This document shows, in pieces, positions 17,813-27,601 of a DNA stretch of 64,000 nucleotides. This DNA is from Candidatus Moraniibacteriota bacterium (lineage in GTDB: Bacteria > Patescibacteriota > Minisyncoccia > Moranbacterales > UBA2206): assembly GCA_038203255.1 (NCBI GenBank), contig JBBREE010000001.1, forward strand, positions 31,882 through 95,881, read 5' to 3'. The translations under genes and the position numbers were made by a program. Below the pieces are notes generated by a model. The model ran no database searches. It saw only the letters and a program-made list of their open reading frames with translations, and was not told where the DNA came from. The first letter of the stretch is position 1; each line of letters opens with the position of its first letter.

Positions 17813-18895
17813 ATGCTAACTTACTCTAATTTAAACGCCAGACAACAATCTATCATAGACTTCGCAAAAGAAAAGCCGTCATTTCAAACGAAGGATGTTT
17901 TTTTGGCTGTCAAAGGAAAATTCGATGTCTCCCGCCTAACGGTTGTTCGCGATCTTTCATTTTTGGAAAAAAATGATGTCTTGAAAAAGCAAGGAGCCGG
18001 AAGAGCCGTGACTTATGCAATAACAAAAAAATATCTATCTCTCGAAAAAATTGACGTAGAAAAATATTTCTCAATTCCTTCTTCAAAAAGAAAGGCCGAC
18101 CCGCTATTCAACAATGATGTTTTTTCCATCTTAAACGAAAATCTTTTTTCAGAAGAAGAAATGAAAAAACTAAATTTAGCCAACGAAAAATATCTAAAAG
18201 CAAAAAATAAATTAGAAAAAGAAAGCCCCACGATTCTCAGAAAAGAATGGCAACGCTTAGTGATAGAACTATCCTGGAAATCATCTGAAATCGAAGGAAA
18301 CACCTACTCTCTTTTGGAAACCGAAGCGCTTCTTCGTGAGATGCGTTTTGCAAAAGGGAAAGATAGAGCAGAGGCGCAAATGATACTCAATCACAAAAAT
18401 TCCCTTGATTTTATCTTGTCCGACAAAAATTATTTTAAAAATATCAACCTTGATAAAATCAAAAAAATTCATGAGCTACTGACGGAAAATATAGACATCA
18501 AAAAAGATTTCCGAGATCATCCGGTCGGGATTACCGGAACAATCTATCGGCCTCTTCCAAGAAAAAAAGACATTACTTCGGCTATGGAAAAATTGAACGA
18601 CACTTTCTCACAAATTTCAAATCCTTTTGTGAAAGCCTTTGTTTCTTTGATTATGATTGCCTACATACAACCGTTCGAGGACGGAAACAAACGCACTTCG
18701 CGAATCATTGCCAACGCCATTTTGCACTCCCATGATAAATCGATTTTGTCCTATCGTGATGTCGATTCTATTGAATACAAAAAGGCTATGATATTGTTTT
18801 ATGAGAAAAATAACATTTCCTATGTAAAAGAAATATTCATTGCTCAAGTTGAATTTGCAACAGATAATTATTTTTCACAAAGTCAAAGTGGATGA
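17813..18895 (+). CDS. Fic-domain protein with N-terminal winged HTH
   Basis: VSRLTVVRDL HTH, SSEIEGN inhibitory motif, QPFEDGNKRTSR Fic motif variant. Confidence 0.88.
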   Translation: MLTYSNLNARQQSIIDFAKEKPSFQTKDVFLAVKGKFDVSRLTVVRDLSFLEKNDVLKKQGAGRAVTYAITKKYLSLEKIDVEKYFSIPSSKRKADPLFNNDVFSILNENLFSEEEMKKLNLANEKYLKAKNKLEKESPTILRKEWQRLVIELSWKSSEIEGNTYSLLETEALLREMRFAKGKDRAEAQMILNHKNSLDFILSDKNYFKNINLDKIKKIHELLTENIDIKKDFRDHPVGITGTIYRPLPRKKDITSAMEKLNDTFSQISNPFVKAFVSLIMIAYIQPFEDGNKRTSRIIANAILHSHDKSILSYRDVDSIEYKKAMILFYEKNNISYVKEIFIAQVEFATDNYFSQSQSG

Positions 18896-19200
18896 GGCAG
18901 ATATTGCTAAACCGTTTTAGATAGTATTAAAAATGATTTCCAAAGCCTTTTTTTGCTTCTCATCATTGACATCCCCTTTTCAAAATGCTACGATACAAAA
19001 TCGAAAAACGTTTCGATTTTAAGAGAAAGAGCAATCAAGCACATGAACAATTTCATAAAATGTTAATTGAAACAGGCTGAAGTTTTAGCTGAAACCAAAG
19101 ACAGGAAGACTTTGAAGCTTTCATATGTCATGGTTCGTGCCCTTTCTCTCGTTGAGACATCGGGAATCGGAATAACTCCAGGCATCTAATTTTACACACA

Positions 19201-19242
19201 GAGCCGCACTCACAGAAATATGTGAGTTGCGGTTCTTTTTTT
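19201..19242 (+). terminator. Intrinsic terminator
   Basis: GAGCCGCACTCACA...TGTGAGTTGCGGTTC-TTTTTTT. Confidence 0.8.
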
Positions 19243-19302
19243 ATTATTAACTAACGACTTCCCCATTCGCCTCTTACCCCATCCTGATTGATAATAGAAC
19301 TG

Positions 19303-19330
19303 ACCCCGTAAAGGCTTGCGCCAACGGGGT
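19303..19330. repeat. REP-like palindrome
   Basis: ACCCCGT...ACGGGGT, followed by a second hairpin AACGTTAG...CTAACGTT. Confidence 0.4.
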
Positions 19331-19383
19331 AAACGTTAGGGATAACTTTAGGCTAACGTTAGTAAGAAATAATTTTAAAACAT

Positions 19384-19551
19384 ATGCAAAAGCAAAAAGA
19401 AACTCGAAAACTTACTAGAAACGGCGGCGGAACGATGTATGTTTCTTTGCCGAAAGAATTTGTGAAAGATTTAGGATGGCGTGAACGGCAAAAATTAGTT
19501 GTTGAAAGAGTGAAGAGTGGGATTTTGATTAAGGATTGGAGGAAAAGATAA
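19384..19551 (+). CDS. AbrB/MazE/SpoVT-family small DNA-binding protein, copy 2 (55 aa)
   Basis: Own translation MQKQKETRKLTRNGGGTMYVSLPKEFVKDLGWRERQKLVVERVKSGILIKDWRKR; paralog of 12960-13127. Confidence 0.8.
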   Translation: MQKQKETRKLTRNGGGTMYVSLPKEFVKDLGWRERQKLVVERVKSGILIKDWRKR

Positions 19552-19660
19552 ATTTCACAACCTATTTTTCCATATTAGTAAAATGTTCGGTCGAGGACGG
19601 TCCTCGATCTTTCCTCAATCTTTCAAGTAGAACTAAAAAATGGCCTTTTTCTATACACAA

Positions 19661-19852
19661 GGCTCTTTAACAAATAGTGTGTTGAATTAATATAAAGAGT
19701 GGTACGAAAGCGAGCATAACTTTAGCTATATAGTTATCAATATTTCTGAATCCAAATGATATTCTTTTAATCATTTTAATCTTGGTGTGTACTCCTTCGG
19801 TAAAAGCATTGGTAGAATAGTTGTCGAAATAATTTAGAATATTTTCTTTCCA
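19661..19852 (-). mobile_element. ISL3-family IS remnant (transposase C-terminus and terminal IR)
   Basis: WKENILNYFDNYSTNAFTEGVHTKIKMIKRISFGFRNIDNY...*; element end reads GGCTCT at 19661. Confidence 0.8.
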
Positions 19853-19943
19853 TCACCTGATTGGATGATCTTAAGGAAACTTCATGCTCACCAGATTGTC
19901 CGCCAAAGATGACAGCCAGTTGTTTTTTATTATTATTTTTCAT
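19851..19943 (-). pseudogene. ddl: ddl 5' fragment (31 codons)
   Basis: MKNNNKKQLAVIFGGQSGEHEVSLRSSNQVM, nearly identical to the N-terminus of Ddl at 16203. Confidence 0.85.
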
Positions 19944-20124
19944 AAATATTTTTTAGCCTTATTTATAACTACCTTAAGGATATCAACTTGTCGCCTTTTT
20001 GCAAGAAGTTAGAAGTTATATCCCGAATTCTATTAAGGCAATAAATCATTCCCGTACCCGTAGTAAGAAAGAAAAACCCATCGCTCAATTGAGCGATGGG
20101 TTTTTTGAGAATTTTTTATATTTT

Positions 20125-20883
20125 CTATTTACACGTATAGCCACCATCAATGACCAACTCACTTCCAGTGACAAATTTTGATTCATCTGATATTAGGTAG
20201 AGAATACCATAAGCAATATCTATTGGTTCGCCGACATGGCCGATTGGGTGCAAACTATCGAGATGTTCTCTGAAACCTGGAGTTTCTTCACCAAGTTTTT
20301 CAACAAGCGGAGTCCAGATGAAACCTGGATGTACAGAATTAACTCGTATGCCATCCTTGGCATAAATCAAAGCGTCATTTTTAGACATCAATCTAACTGC
20401 TCCTTTTGAAGCATGATAAGGTGGAATGTCACCCGCCCCAATCATTCCATAGATGGAGGAAAGATTCACGATACTTCCCTTGCCTGCTTTTTGCATATAC
20501 GGAATTGCGTGCTTTGTGCAAAAGAAAACTCCTTTCACATTCACGTTCATCACTGCGTCCCATTCTGCCTCTGTTAGTTCGTGCGTTGGCTTGTCAGCAC
20601 CTGCGATTCCTGCATTATTCACCGTAGCGTCAAGTTTCCCAAATGTTTCAACAACTTCAGCATAAATTTTTTTTACTTCATCTTCACTGGCTACATCAAG
20701 ATGCCAAAATTTTGCCACTCCGCCAAATTCTTCAATCTCCTGAACCAATGCCTGACCTTCTTGGTCTAAGATATCAGTCACGGCAACTTTTGCACCTTCT
20801 TTGGCTAAGAGGATACATGTTTCACGTCCAATGCCCAGTGCACCGCCAGTCACAACAACAACTTTTTCTTCTGCTCTTTTCAT
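20125..20883 (-). CDS. Short-chain dehydrogenase/reductase
   Basis: TGGALGIG, NNAG, YHASK, VNSVHPG, IDGGY. Confidence 0.95.
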   Translation of the reverse strand: MKRAEEKVVVVTGGALGIGRETCILLAKEGAKVAVTDILDQEGQALVQEIEEFGGVAKFWHLDVASEDEVKKIYAEVVETFGKLDATVNNAGIAGADKPTHELTEAEWDAVMNVNVKGVFFCTKHAIPYMQKAGKGSIVNLSSIYGMIGAGDIPPYHASKGAVRLMSKNDALIYAKDGIRVNSVHPGFIWTPLVEKLGEETPGFREHLDSLHPIGHVGEPIDIAYGILYLISDESKFVTGSELVIDGGYTCK

Positions 20884-21072
20884 ATTTTTATTTTTTATTT
20901 CTTACTTATTCATTATAACAGAATATCATTTTTTATTAAATAGCAAAGCATTATACCCTGTCGCCTTTGGAGGGGTGCGCTACTAAAAAATAAAAAAACA
21001 AATTCAAGACGCTCCCATTGGGAGCGTCTCTACGATTGAAACTATTCAGTTGTAATTTCGGCTGATTGATAA

Positions 21073-21561
21073 TTATTTACCAAATCCTCCACCTTTTTGA
21101 CCACCTCGCATTCCACCTTGATGTCCTCCAAGGTATTGTTGGTCAATGCCATTTTCTGTTAACCATGCGGTCATCTCTTCTTGATGAGCTTTTCTGTCGA
21201 CTTGCTTCTCTTCTTGTGTTAGATCTTTAGAAGCTCCTCGATTCGCGTCTCTTTCGGTTTTAAGCTCCGCCATTTTATCAATGATTAATTGCTTCTGCTC
21301 TTGAGAAAGCTTCCCTTCGCTCACTGCTTGAGCTAGACGCTCTTCTTGTTTTTCTTGCATCTGAGTCTGACGCGCCTCTTGATTTTCCTTAAATACCGTT
21401 TGAACTTCATCAGTATTTAAATTAAATTTTTCGACAAGCTTTTGAATGATTGTGCTTTGGCCATTCCCACTCGCCGAAACAGAAGCTGAACTGACTCCAT
21501 AGAGTCCAGTAAAAGCGATTGCTCCGAGAATAAGTGACGGAATGATTACTTTTTTCTTCAT
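21073..21561 (-). CDS. Secreted helical hypothetical protein (Spy/CpxP-like character)
   Basis: Signal peptide, Q/E/K-rich helices, Gly-rich tail; downstream of ECF module. Confidence 0.6.
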   Translation of the reverse strand: MKKKVIIPSLILGAIAFTGLYGVSSASVSASGNGQSTIIQKLVEKFNLNTDEVQTVFKENQEARQTQMQEKQEERLAQAVSEGKLSQEQKQLIIDKMAELKTERDANRGASKDLTQEEKQVDRKAHQEEMTAWLTENGIDQQYLGGHQGGMRGGQKGGGFGK

Positions 21562-21625
21562 TATTTTTTTTAATTAATTATTAATGCCCTTTGAGCGCTA
21601 GCTTGATCATTGGGCTTCATAGTAG

Positions 21626-21654
21626 TTATACGTGAACCGACAGAAATGTTTGCA
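21626..21654 (-). promoter_or_regulatory. ECF-type promoter 1
   Basis: Minus strand TGCAAAC-N15-CGTATAA. Confidence 0.7.
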
Positions 21655-21666
21655 AAAAAAGCGTTG

Positions 21667-22383
21667 TTATTTTTGCATACCTCTGGCGCGAGGTCCACCC
21701 AAAGGTGCTTGTCTTATCGCAGAAGCCCCGAAAACATATTCACCTTTTTTCTCACCCACGATATCAACCATCTCCCCTTCTTTCATTTCTACCCTCCTTT
21801 TGATTTCAGTGTCCGCTGAATAAAAAACCTTCCAATTATCTCCCTTTTGTGTTTTTAGCAAGAATGACTGGGCTGATTCAATTTTGATAATTTCTCCTCC
21901 CAAAAGACCGTCTTCCGGTCTTTGCCAACGTCCCACTATTGGTCGAACTAAATTATTCGGGCCTGGAATATCCATCTCCAAGCGACTATTTATTTTTGAA
22001 AAATTAACCAAGACGCCAATAGCAAAAACAGACAACGCGATGATGCTTGCGATAAAAAGAAGGCTGTATCGATAGCCTCTTTTTGTTTTTCGAAAAACCA
22101 TAAAGCCGGAGAAAATTGCTACTGCCAAAAGGACCATCCACAAGTAAGGCATCGTAACAAAAAATAAAAAGAAAAAATTTCTCAATTTTAAACTTCTTAT
22201 AATTTCCGGGCTCAAGTCGGAAACATTTAAAATGATTAAGGAGAAAAACAAGGCTCCTAACAAAATAATCAAAGAAAATAAGACCCAGAAAGCATAATTT
22301 CTCCAATGAGTTTTCAATTTAGAATCAGGGAGAATATGCTCCTCCTTGATCTTTTCGGTAATTTTTTTTGAGAAATCTTCCAT
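21667..22383 (-). CDS. Membrane protein, candidate anti-sigma factor
   Basis: Three TMs plus C-terminal beta domain; starts 4 nt after the ECF sigma stop. Confidence 0.55.
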   Translation of the reverse strand: MEDFSKKITEKIKEEHILPDSKLKTHWRNYAFWVLFSLIILLGALFFSLIILNVSDLSPEIIRSLKLRNFFFLFFVTMPYLWMVLLAVAIFSGFMVFRKTKRGYRYSLLFIASIIALSVFAIGVLVNFSKINSRLEMDIPGPNNLVRPIVGRWQRPEDGLLGGEIIKIESAQSFLLKTQKGDNWKVFYSADTEIKRRVEMKEGEMVDIVGEKKGEYVFGASAIRQAPLGGPRARGMQK

Positions 22384-22387
22384 ACAA

Positions 22388-22975
22388 TTATTTTGGATTA
22401 ATTAAAAAATGTTTGGCCTCTAGTTTTTCTAAAATCATTTTTCTTCCCCTGGCAATCAGAGCCGCCACTGTTCCCTTTGGTTTTTCAACGATGTCCATAA
22501 TTTCTTCATAAGTTTTTTCTTCTAGAAATCTCAAGACCATTATTTCTTTATATTTATAAGGTAATTCATTCATTATCGCTAAAATTTCATCCACATGTTC
22601 TTTAATTTCCAGCTCATTTTTGATATCCACGTTTGATCTGAAAATCTTGAGTGAATCATCTTCTTCGAGTTGCACTGATTGAGGACGAACTTGTTTTTTT
22701 CGAATGGCATCAATTGTCGTGTTTCTGGAAATTTGATATATCCAAGTTGAAAAAGCCAAATCACAATCAAAACCGTTTAGATTTTTATAAACTTTTATAA
22801 AAATTTCCTGGATAATATCTTCAATGTCCTCATTTCCAAAATATGAAATTCTTTTAATATAGTGAAAAAGGCGATTTTGATATCGCGACACAAGCTCCCC
22901 GAAAACATCTGAATCCGTCTTTGAAAGTTCCACCAACTGATTGTCGGTTAACTTGCCTTCAATAGATTTTTCCAT
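22388..22975 (-). CDS. ECF RNA polymerase sigma factor (SigW-like)
   Basis: DIEDIIQEIFIKVYKNL, FSTWIYQISRN..ID, region 4 YEEI...PKGTV. Confidence 0.93.
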   Translation of the reverse strand: MEKSIEGKLTDNQLVELSKTDSDVFGELVSRYQNRLFHYIKRISYFGNEDIEDIIQEIFIKVYKNLNGFDCDLAFSTWIYQISRNTTIDAIRKKQVRPQSVQLEEDDSLKIFRSNVDIKNELEIKEHVDEILAIMNELPYKYKEIMVLRFLEEKTYEEIMDIVEKPKGTVAALIARGRKMILEKLEAKHFLINPK

Positions 22976-23006
22976 CCCTAATTTGAATTTTTATTTATTA
23001 CCTATA

Positions 23007-23035
23007 TTATACGTTATAATTTTAATTTGTTTGCA
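23007..23035 (-). promoter_or_regulatory. ECF-type promoter 2 (likely autoregulatory)
   Basis: Minus strand TGCAAAC-N15-CGTATAA, same elements and spacing as 21626-21654. Confidence 0.7.
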
Positions 23036-23096
23036 TTCTCGAATAAATATCCGCCTGAGGTAATATATCTACTGGGATATTTTTTAATTTATTTTC

Positions 23097-26000
23097 TTAA
23101 AACCTTTCGTTCTTGTCTATAAATGTCATATAGAGTGCCGGAACGATAAAGAGAGTGAAAAATGACGAGATTGAAAGCCCGAAAATAACAGCGGATCCAA
23201 GTGCGGTCCAAGTAGCATTGGACAATGTTATGGGGATAATACCTGCAATAGTTACAACTGATGTGATAACGATGGCTTCCAGTCTGGATTTTCCTGCGTC
23301 CACGATAGCATTTTCAAAAGGTATCCCCACTTTGATATTGATATTAATTTTATCAATCAAAATAATGGCATTTTTAACCACAATACCAAAAAGCGCTAAA
23401 ATGCCGATGAGTCCGGGAAAGCTCAAGCTCACATGGAAAAGAGCCATACCAATGAATACTCCGATAAGCGCCAATGGCAATGTCACCAAAACTATGATGG
23501 CTTTTTTGAAAGAGTTAAATTGAATAACAAGAGTTGAAATGATAAGCAAAGCCGCAATCAGCATGGCGCGCACAATTGAAAGCACGGACTCGGTGTTTTG
23601 TTCATTTTCACCGCCATAAGTTATGTCATATCCATCAGGAAGGGAATAGCTACTTGCAACTTTGTCTTGAAATTCTTTGAGGACTTGGGAAGCATTAGTG
23701 GTTCCTGTGACATCGGAAGTAAGTAGGACGGTTCTTTTTTGGTTGATTCGTGAAATTGAATCAACTGACGGAACCAGCTTAACGGTTGCGACATCTCGCA
23801 TAAAAACGGGTTGATTTTTGGTGTTTAAAATTTGAAGATTTTGAATATCCTCCAAGGTTGGAATTTTTTCTTTGCCAAACCTGGCGATAACATCGATGTT
23901 TTTATTGTCACGGATAACCGTGGTTACTGTCGTGCCGGAAATAGCACTGCGCAAAGCTGATCCCACCAACAATCCATTCAAATTATAGAGTTCCATTTTG
24001 GCATTATCCAAAACGAAGGTATATTCTGCGGGAGCATCTTTCAGGGATATATCCGAATTAATAGTGCCTGGAACTGAATCTATGATGGGTTTTAATTCTT
24101 GGGCTATTTTATCAAGTGCTTGTAAGTTTTCTCCACTTATTTGAGCTTGAAAAGCGCTTCCCGATGGTGGTCCACCGCGCGGAGAAGACACCGTGATAGT
24201 GGCGTCTTGAATATCTGCGAGTGAGTTGCGAATTTCATCTGAAATATCATAGGCTTTTATATCCCGACTCTCTTGGGGGGTAAGCTTAACCGAAATCGAA
24301 GCTGAATTTGATTCAGAACCTCCAACTATGGTGGAAAAATTTACGATATTAGAGTTTTTAAGCAGTCGCTGTTCTACTTTCTGGACAATCTTGTCAGTTT
24401 GATTGAGAGTTAATCCTACTGGGCCACGCATAGCAATAGTGAGTGTATCAGAGTCAGCTGCCGGGAAAAACTCTGTCTTTACAACCCCTGCAATTGGTAA
24501 GGACATAGCCAACAGAAAAAGAACCAACGTAGAAATAAGCGTGACGAGTCTGCGTTTGCGAGTGCCGGTTACCATTCTAAGATATTTTTCATATACAGGC
24601 AGGATAAGATCAAAGTGGATTATGCCATGTAAAAGTTTTTGCCAGAATGTTGCATCCTTACGATTTCCTTGCGCAAGCAATTTTCGCTTAATTAGATCAT
24701 CATCAGTAGTTTCTTTTTCAGCCAAGATTTTATTTTCCTCAAGCTGATTTTTGCCCGTGCCAAAATACCAAATTGTCATCCATACAGTTACGGCCAAAGA
24801 AAGCGCCACCAAAAAGTATCCAAGTATCGAATGAAGTGTTGCGGAAAATAAACCCCCGCCCAGTACGGTAATGAGTATCATTAAGAAAAACTTTTTTGTC
24901 ATTCTGACTCTCTCCAGCACTGCGGCCAGTGGATGGTTGATCATCAGCGCCACAAGAAGCGAAGCAGTGAGAGTAACAGAAACAGTGATCGGAATTGATT
25001 TAATGAATTGTCCAATTATTCCTGAGGCCATTAGTAATGGAAGAAATGCCCAAACAGTGGCAAGCGTTGTGGAAACTAAGACCACCTTGAAATCATTCAA
25101 AACAAGGAGAACCGCTTCTTCCGGAGTATATTTGCCCGTTTTTAGATATTGCTTCGTGGCTGAAACAACCACAATAGCATCATCTACTAAAAGACCAAGC
25201 GAAAGCAGGAGCGCAAAAATAGAAAGGAAATTAAGCGAAATTCCGGTGAATTGCATAACTCCAAACGTGATAAAGAAAACTAATGGAATCGCTATGCCAG
25301 CCACAAAAGCTTCTTTGAGTCCAACGATAAGAAAAAGTAGGCCTACCACTAGTGCCAAAGTGAGTAGGAAATCATGAGTCAATTGATCAAAGTCCTTACG
25401 AATACGATCAGCTTGGTTAACCGTATCATCATAGGAGATGCCTTCCGGAAAAGTTTTTATGAGAGCGTCGATTTTGTTATGCGCACTATCCACAGTGTCA
25501 ACAACTGAGCCACCAGTGCTTTTAACCACTTGCAGTGTCACGGAATTTTGCGGATCTTGACCGCCTAAGGAAATACGCGAGTAGGTTGTTTTCTCTATCG
25601 CCTTTTCTTTCACTTCCGCAATATCTCTGAGGAAAACAACGGCGCCTTCAGTTGTGTGCATGATTGGAACATTTCCAAGAGCTTTTTCATCATAAAAACG
25701 TCCCTCAGTACGAACCGGGTAATTAAATTCAGCTCCTTCAAAATTTCCCGCAGGAGTCGCAATGTTGGTTGCAGAGATAGCCTGATTGGCTTGGTTGGCG
25801 GTGATGTTGTATAGCACAAGCTTATGAGGATCATAGGCTACTTCAAATTCCGTTTCATCTCCTCCGGAAATATTCACTTCACGAATTCCGGGAATTTTTT
25901 CCAGTTCGTCTTGAATTTTTTCTCCATATGTCCGCAGGGTAAAGCCGTCATATGGACCGGTGAGGGCAAAGGTTATTATAGGAGTATCATCCAAAGAAAT

Positions 26001-26468
26001 TTCTGAAACAATAGGATCTTTGGCCTCAGTAGGAATATCTTTTCTGATATTTTGAATTTTATCCCTAATCTTTCTTACCGAATCGTTCAAATCTTGGTTG
26101 GCATCAAATTCAACTATGAGGTTAGAAAATGAATTTGCTGAGGTGGAGGTGACTTTTTTTATTCCGGTTATTCCGGAAATATCCGTTTCGATTTTTTTAG
26201 TAACGAGCTCTTCCATATCAGAAGGAGATGCGCCCGGATAGGTGACGCTGATAGTGGCAATAGCAATTTTTACTTCCGGATTTGATTCCAGAGGCAATTG
26301 CAGGAATGAATAAATTCCCCACCCTGAAATTAGCATGATAAGTAGGATTACCACTCTAAAATTGGAAACAAAAAAGTTCAGCCAAGTCTTACGAAGCTCC
26401 GGAGAAAATTCAAGTTTATCCAAATACGCCGAATCACTGGATTTATGGTTGTTATTTTTTGGTTCCAT
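23097..26468 (-). CDS. RND efflux transporter permease (AcrB family)
   Basis: YPGASP, GLLVDDAIVV, GIVVKNAIILID; two large extracytoplasmic loops. Confidence 0.93.
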   Translation of the reverse strand: MEPKNNNHKSSDSAYLDKLEFSPELRKTWLNFFVSNFRVVILLIMLISGWGIYSFLQLPLESNPEVKIAIATISVTYPGASPSDMEELVTKKIETDISGITGIKKVTSTSANSFSNLIVEFDANQDLNDSVRKIRDKIQNIRKDIPTEAKDPIVSEISLDDTPIITFALTGPYDGFTLRTYGEKIQDELEKIPGIREVNISGGDETEFEVAYDPHKLVLYNITANQANQAISATNIATPAGNFEGAEFNYPVRTEGRFYDEKALGNVPIMHTTEGAVVFLRDIAEVKEKAIEKTTYSRISLGGQDPQNSVTLQVVKSTGGSVVDTVDSAHNKIDALIKTFPEGISYDDTVNQADRIRKDFDQLTHDFLLTLALVVGLLFLIVGLKEAFVAGIAIPLVFFITFGVMQFTGISLNFLSIFALLLSLGLLVDDAIVVVSATKQYLKTGKYTPEEAVLLVLNDFKVVLVSTTLATVWAFLPLLMASGIIGQFIKSIPITVSVTLTASLLVALMINHPLAAVLERVRMTKKFFLMILITVLGGGLFSATLHSILGYFLVALSLAVTVWMTIWYFGTGKNQLEENKILAEKETTDDDLIKRKLLAQGNRKDATFWQKLLHGIIHFDLILPVYEKYLRMVTGTRKRRLVTLISTLVLFLLAMSLPIAGVVKTEFFPAADSDTLTIAMRGPVGLTLNQTDKIVQKVEQRLLKNSNIVNFSTIVGGSESNSASISVKLTPQESRDIKAYDISDEIRNSLADIQDATITVSSPRGGPPSGSAFQAQISGENLQALDKIAQELKPIIDSVPGTINSDISLKDAPAEYTFVLDNAKMELYNLNGLLVGSALRSAISGTTVTTVIRDNKNIDVIARFGKEKIPTLEDIQNLQILNTKNQPVFMRDVATVKLVPSVDSISRINQKRTVLLTSDVTGTTNASQVLKEFQDKVASSYSLPDGYDITYGGENEQNTESVLSIVRAMLIAALLIISTLVIQFNSFKKAIIVLVTLPLALIGVFIGMALFHVSLSFPGLIGILALFGIVVKNAIILIDKININIKVGIPFENAIVDAGKSRLEAIVITSVVTIAGIIPITLSNATWTALGSAVIFGLSISSFFTLFIVPALYMTFIDKNERF

Positions 26469-26474
26469 AAGGTT

Positions 26475-27578
26475 TTAGTCTTGTATTAAAATGGCTTCAC
26501 CATCATGCACAAGTTTATTATTATCGGTGATAATGCGTGTTTCGGGAGAAATATCAGTGGAAATTTCAGCCACTTCTCCAGTTACCTTGATGACAGTCAC
26601 CTCTTTCTTTTTAGCTATATTATTTTCCACAACATAGATTGAACTATTATTCTGGCTAATACTTAAAGCTGACAGGGGCAAAAGAAAATTGGCGGAAGTT
26701 GTCGGCTCCAGAGTGCTTTCGATAAAAACAGTTGCGATTGTCCCCGACAAAAAAGCGGTTGTGTGTTTTTTCGGGCAAGCTTCAATCAAAAAACTTTTAG
26801 TTACCGGATCCGCTGCTGCCGATATGTTTTGGATATTAAGTTGCACCGTGTTGCCTTCGCTGTCAACGGTTGAGATTATCTGACCACGAGTCAAAGCAGC
26901 CCGCTGATCCTGATTGACGTAGAATTGAAATTCAATAAGGGAAGATTTACTGACAATGGCGATTAATTGTCCGACAGAAACAGAATCTCCGACAGAAACT
27001 GCTTTGTTTATGATTGCTCCGGAAATAGGACTGGTGATCGAATGGTTGTCAATTATGCCGTCGAGTCCAAGCATCGCACTTTCATATTGCAACTTCGCAA
27101 TATCGCGCTGAGTTTTTGCATTGTCTTTTTCAGCTCTCGTGGCAGTGTCGGATTTTTTTAAATTACTATAATTATCCTTTGCCAAACTGTACGCTTTTTT
27201 CGCTTGGTCAACCGAATTTTGAGCTTGCTGCACTTGAAGATTTCTCAGTCCATTGTCCCCCACATCCAAAGCTCCGGTATCATCTATCTTTGCCAATAGT
27301 GAACCCACACTCACCGGAGTACCTATGTTTCCGGGAGCAACCATAATCGTTCCGGCTGATTTTGCGGTTATCCTAACTTCTTGCTCACCAACAATACTGG
27401 CCGGGAATTGACTTTTTTCAATAAAAGATTTACTGTCGGAAGCTAATTTAACAGAAACTGCAATGGGTTGTTTTGCTAATTCTTGCATGACAGGAGCTTT
27501 TTTTTCAGGAAGCTTCATCGCAATCACAAAAAGTACCAAGATCACCCCGATTGATATACTAATTTTTTTTATATTCAT
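26475..27578 (-). CDS. RND membrane fusion (adaptor) protein
   Basis: N-terminal anchor, ITSPISG lipoyl motif, helical hairpin, AADPVTKSF. Confidence 0.88.
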   Translation of the reverse strand: MNIKKISISIGVILVLFVIAMKLPEKKAPVMQELAKQPIAVSVKLASDSKSFIEKSQFPASIVGEQEVRITAKSAGTIMVAPGNIGTPVSVGSLLAKIDDTGALDVGDNGLRNLQVQQAQNSVDQAKKAYSLAKDNYSNLKKSDTATRAEKDNAKTQRDIAKLQYESAMLGLDGIIDNHSITSPISGAIINKAVSVGDSVSVGQLIAIVSKSSLIEFQFYVNQDQRAALTRGQIISTVDSEGNTVQLNIQNISAAADPVTKSFLIEACPKKHTTAFLSGTIATVFIESTLEPTTSANFLLPLSALSISQNNSSIYVVENNIAKKKEVTVIKVTGEVAEISTDISPETRIITDNNKLVHDGEAILIQD

Positions 27579-27601
27579 AAGCTTAATTATGCACTTAATT
27601 T

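Noticed and set aside
12960-19551. AbrB genes as type II toxin-antitoxin operons
   Set aside because: No coupled toxin ORF follows either copy.
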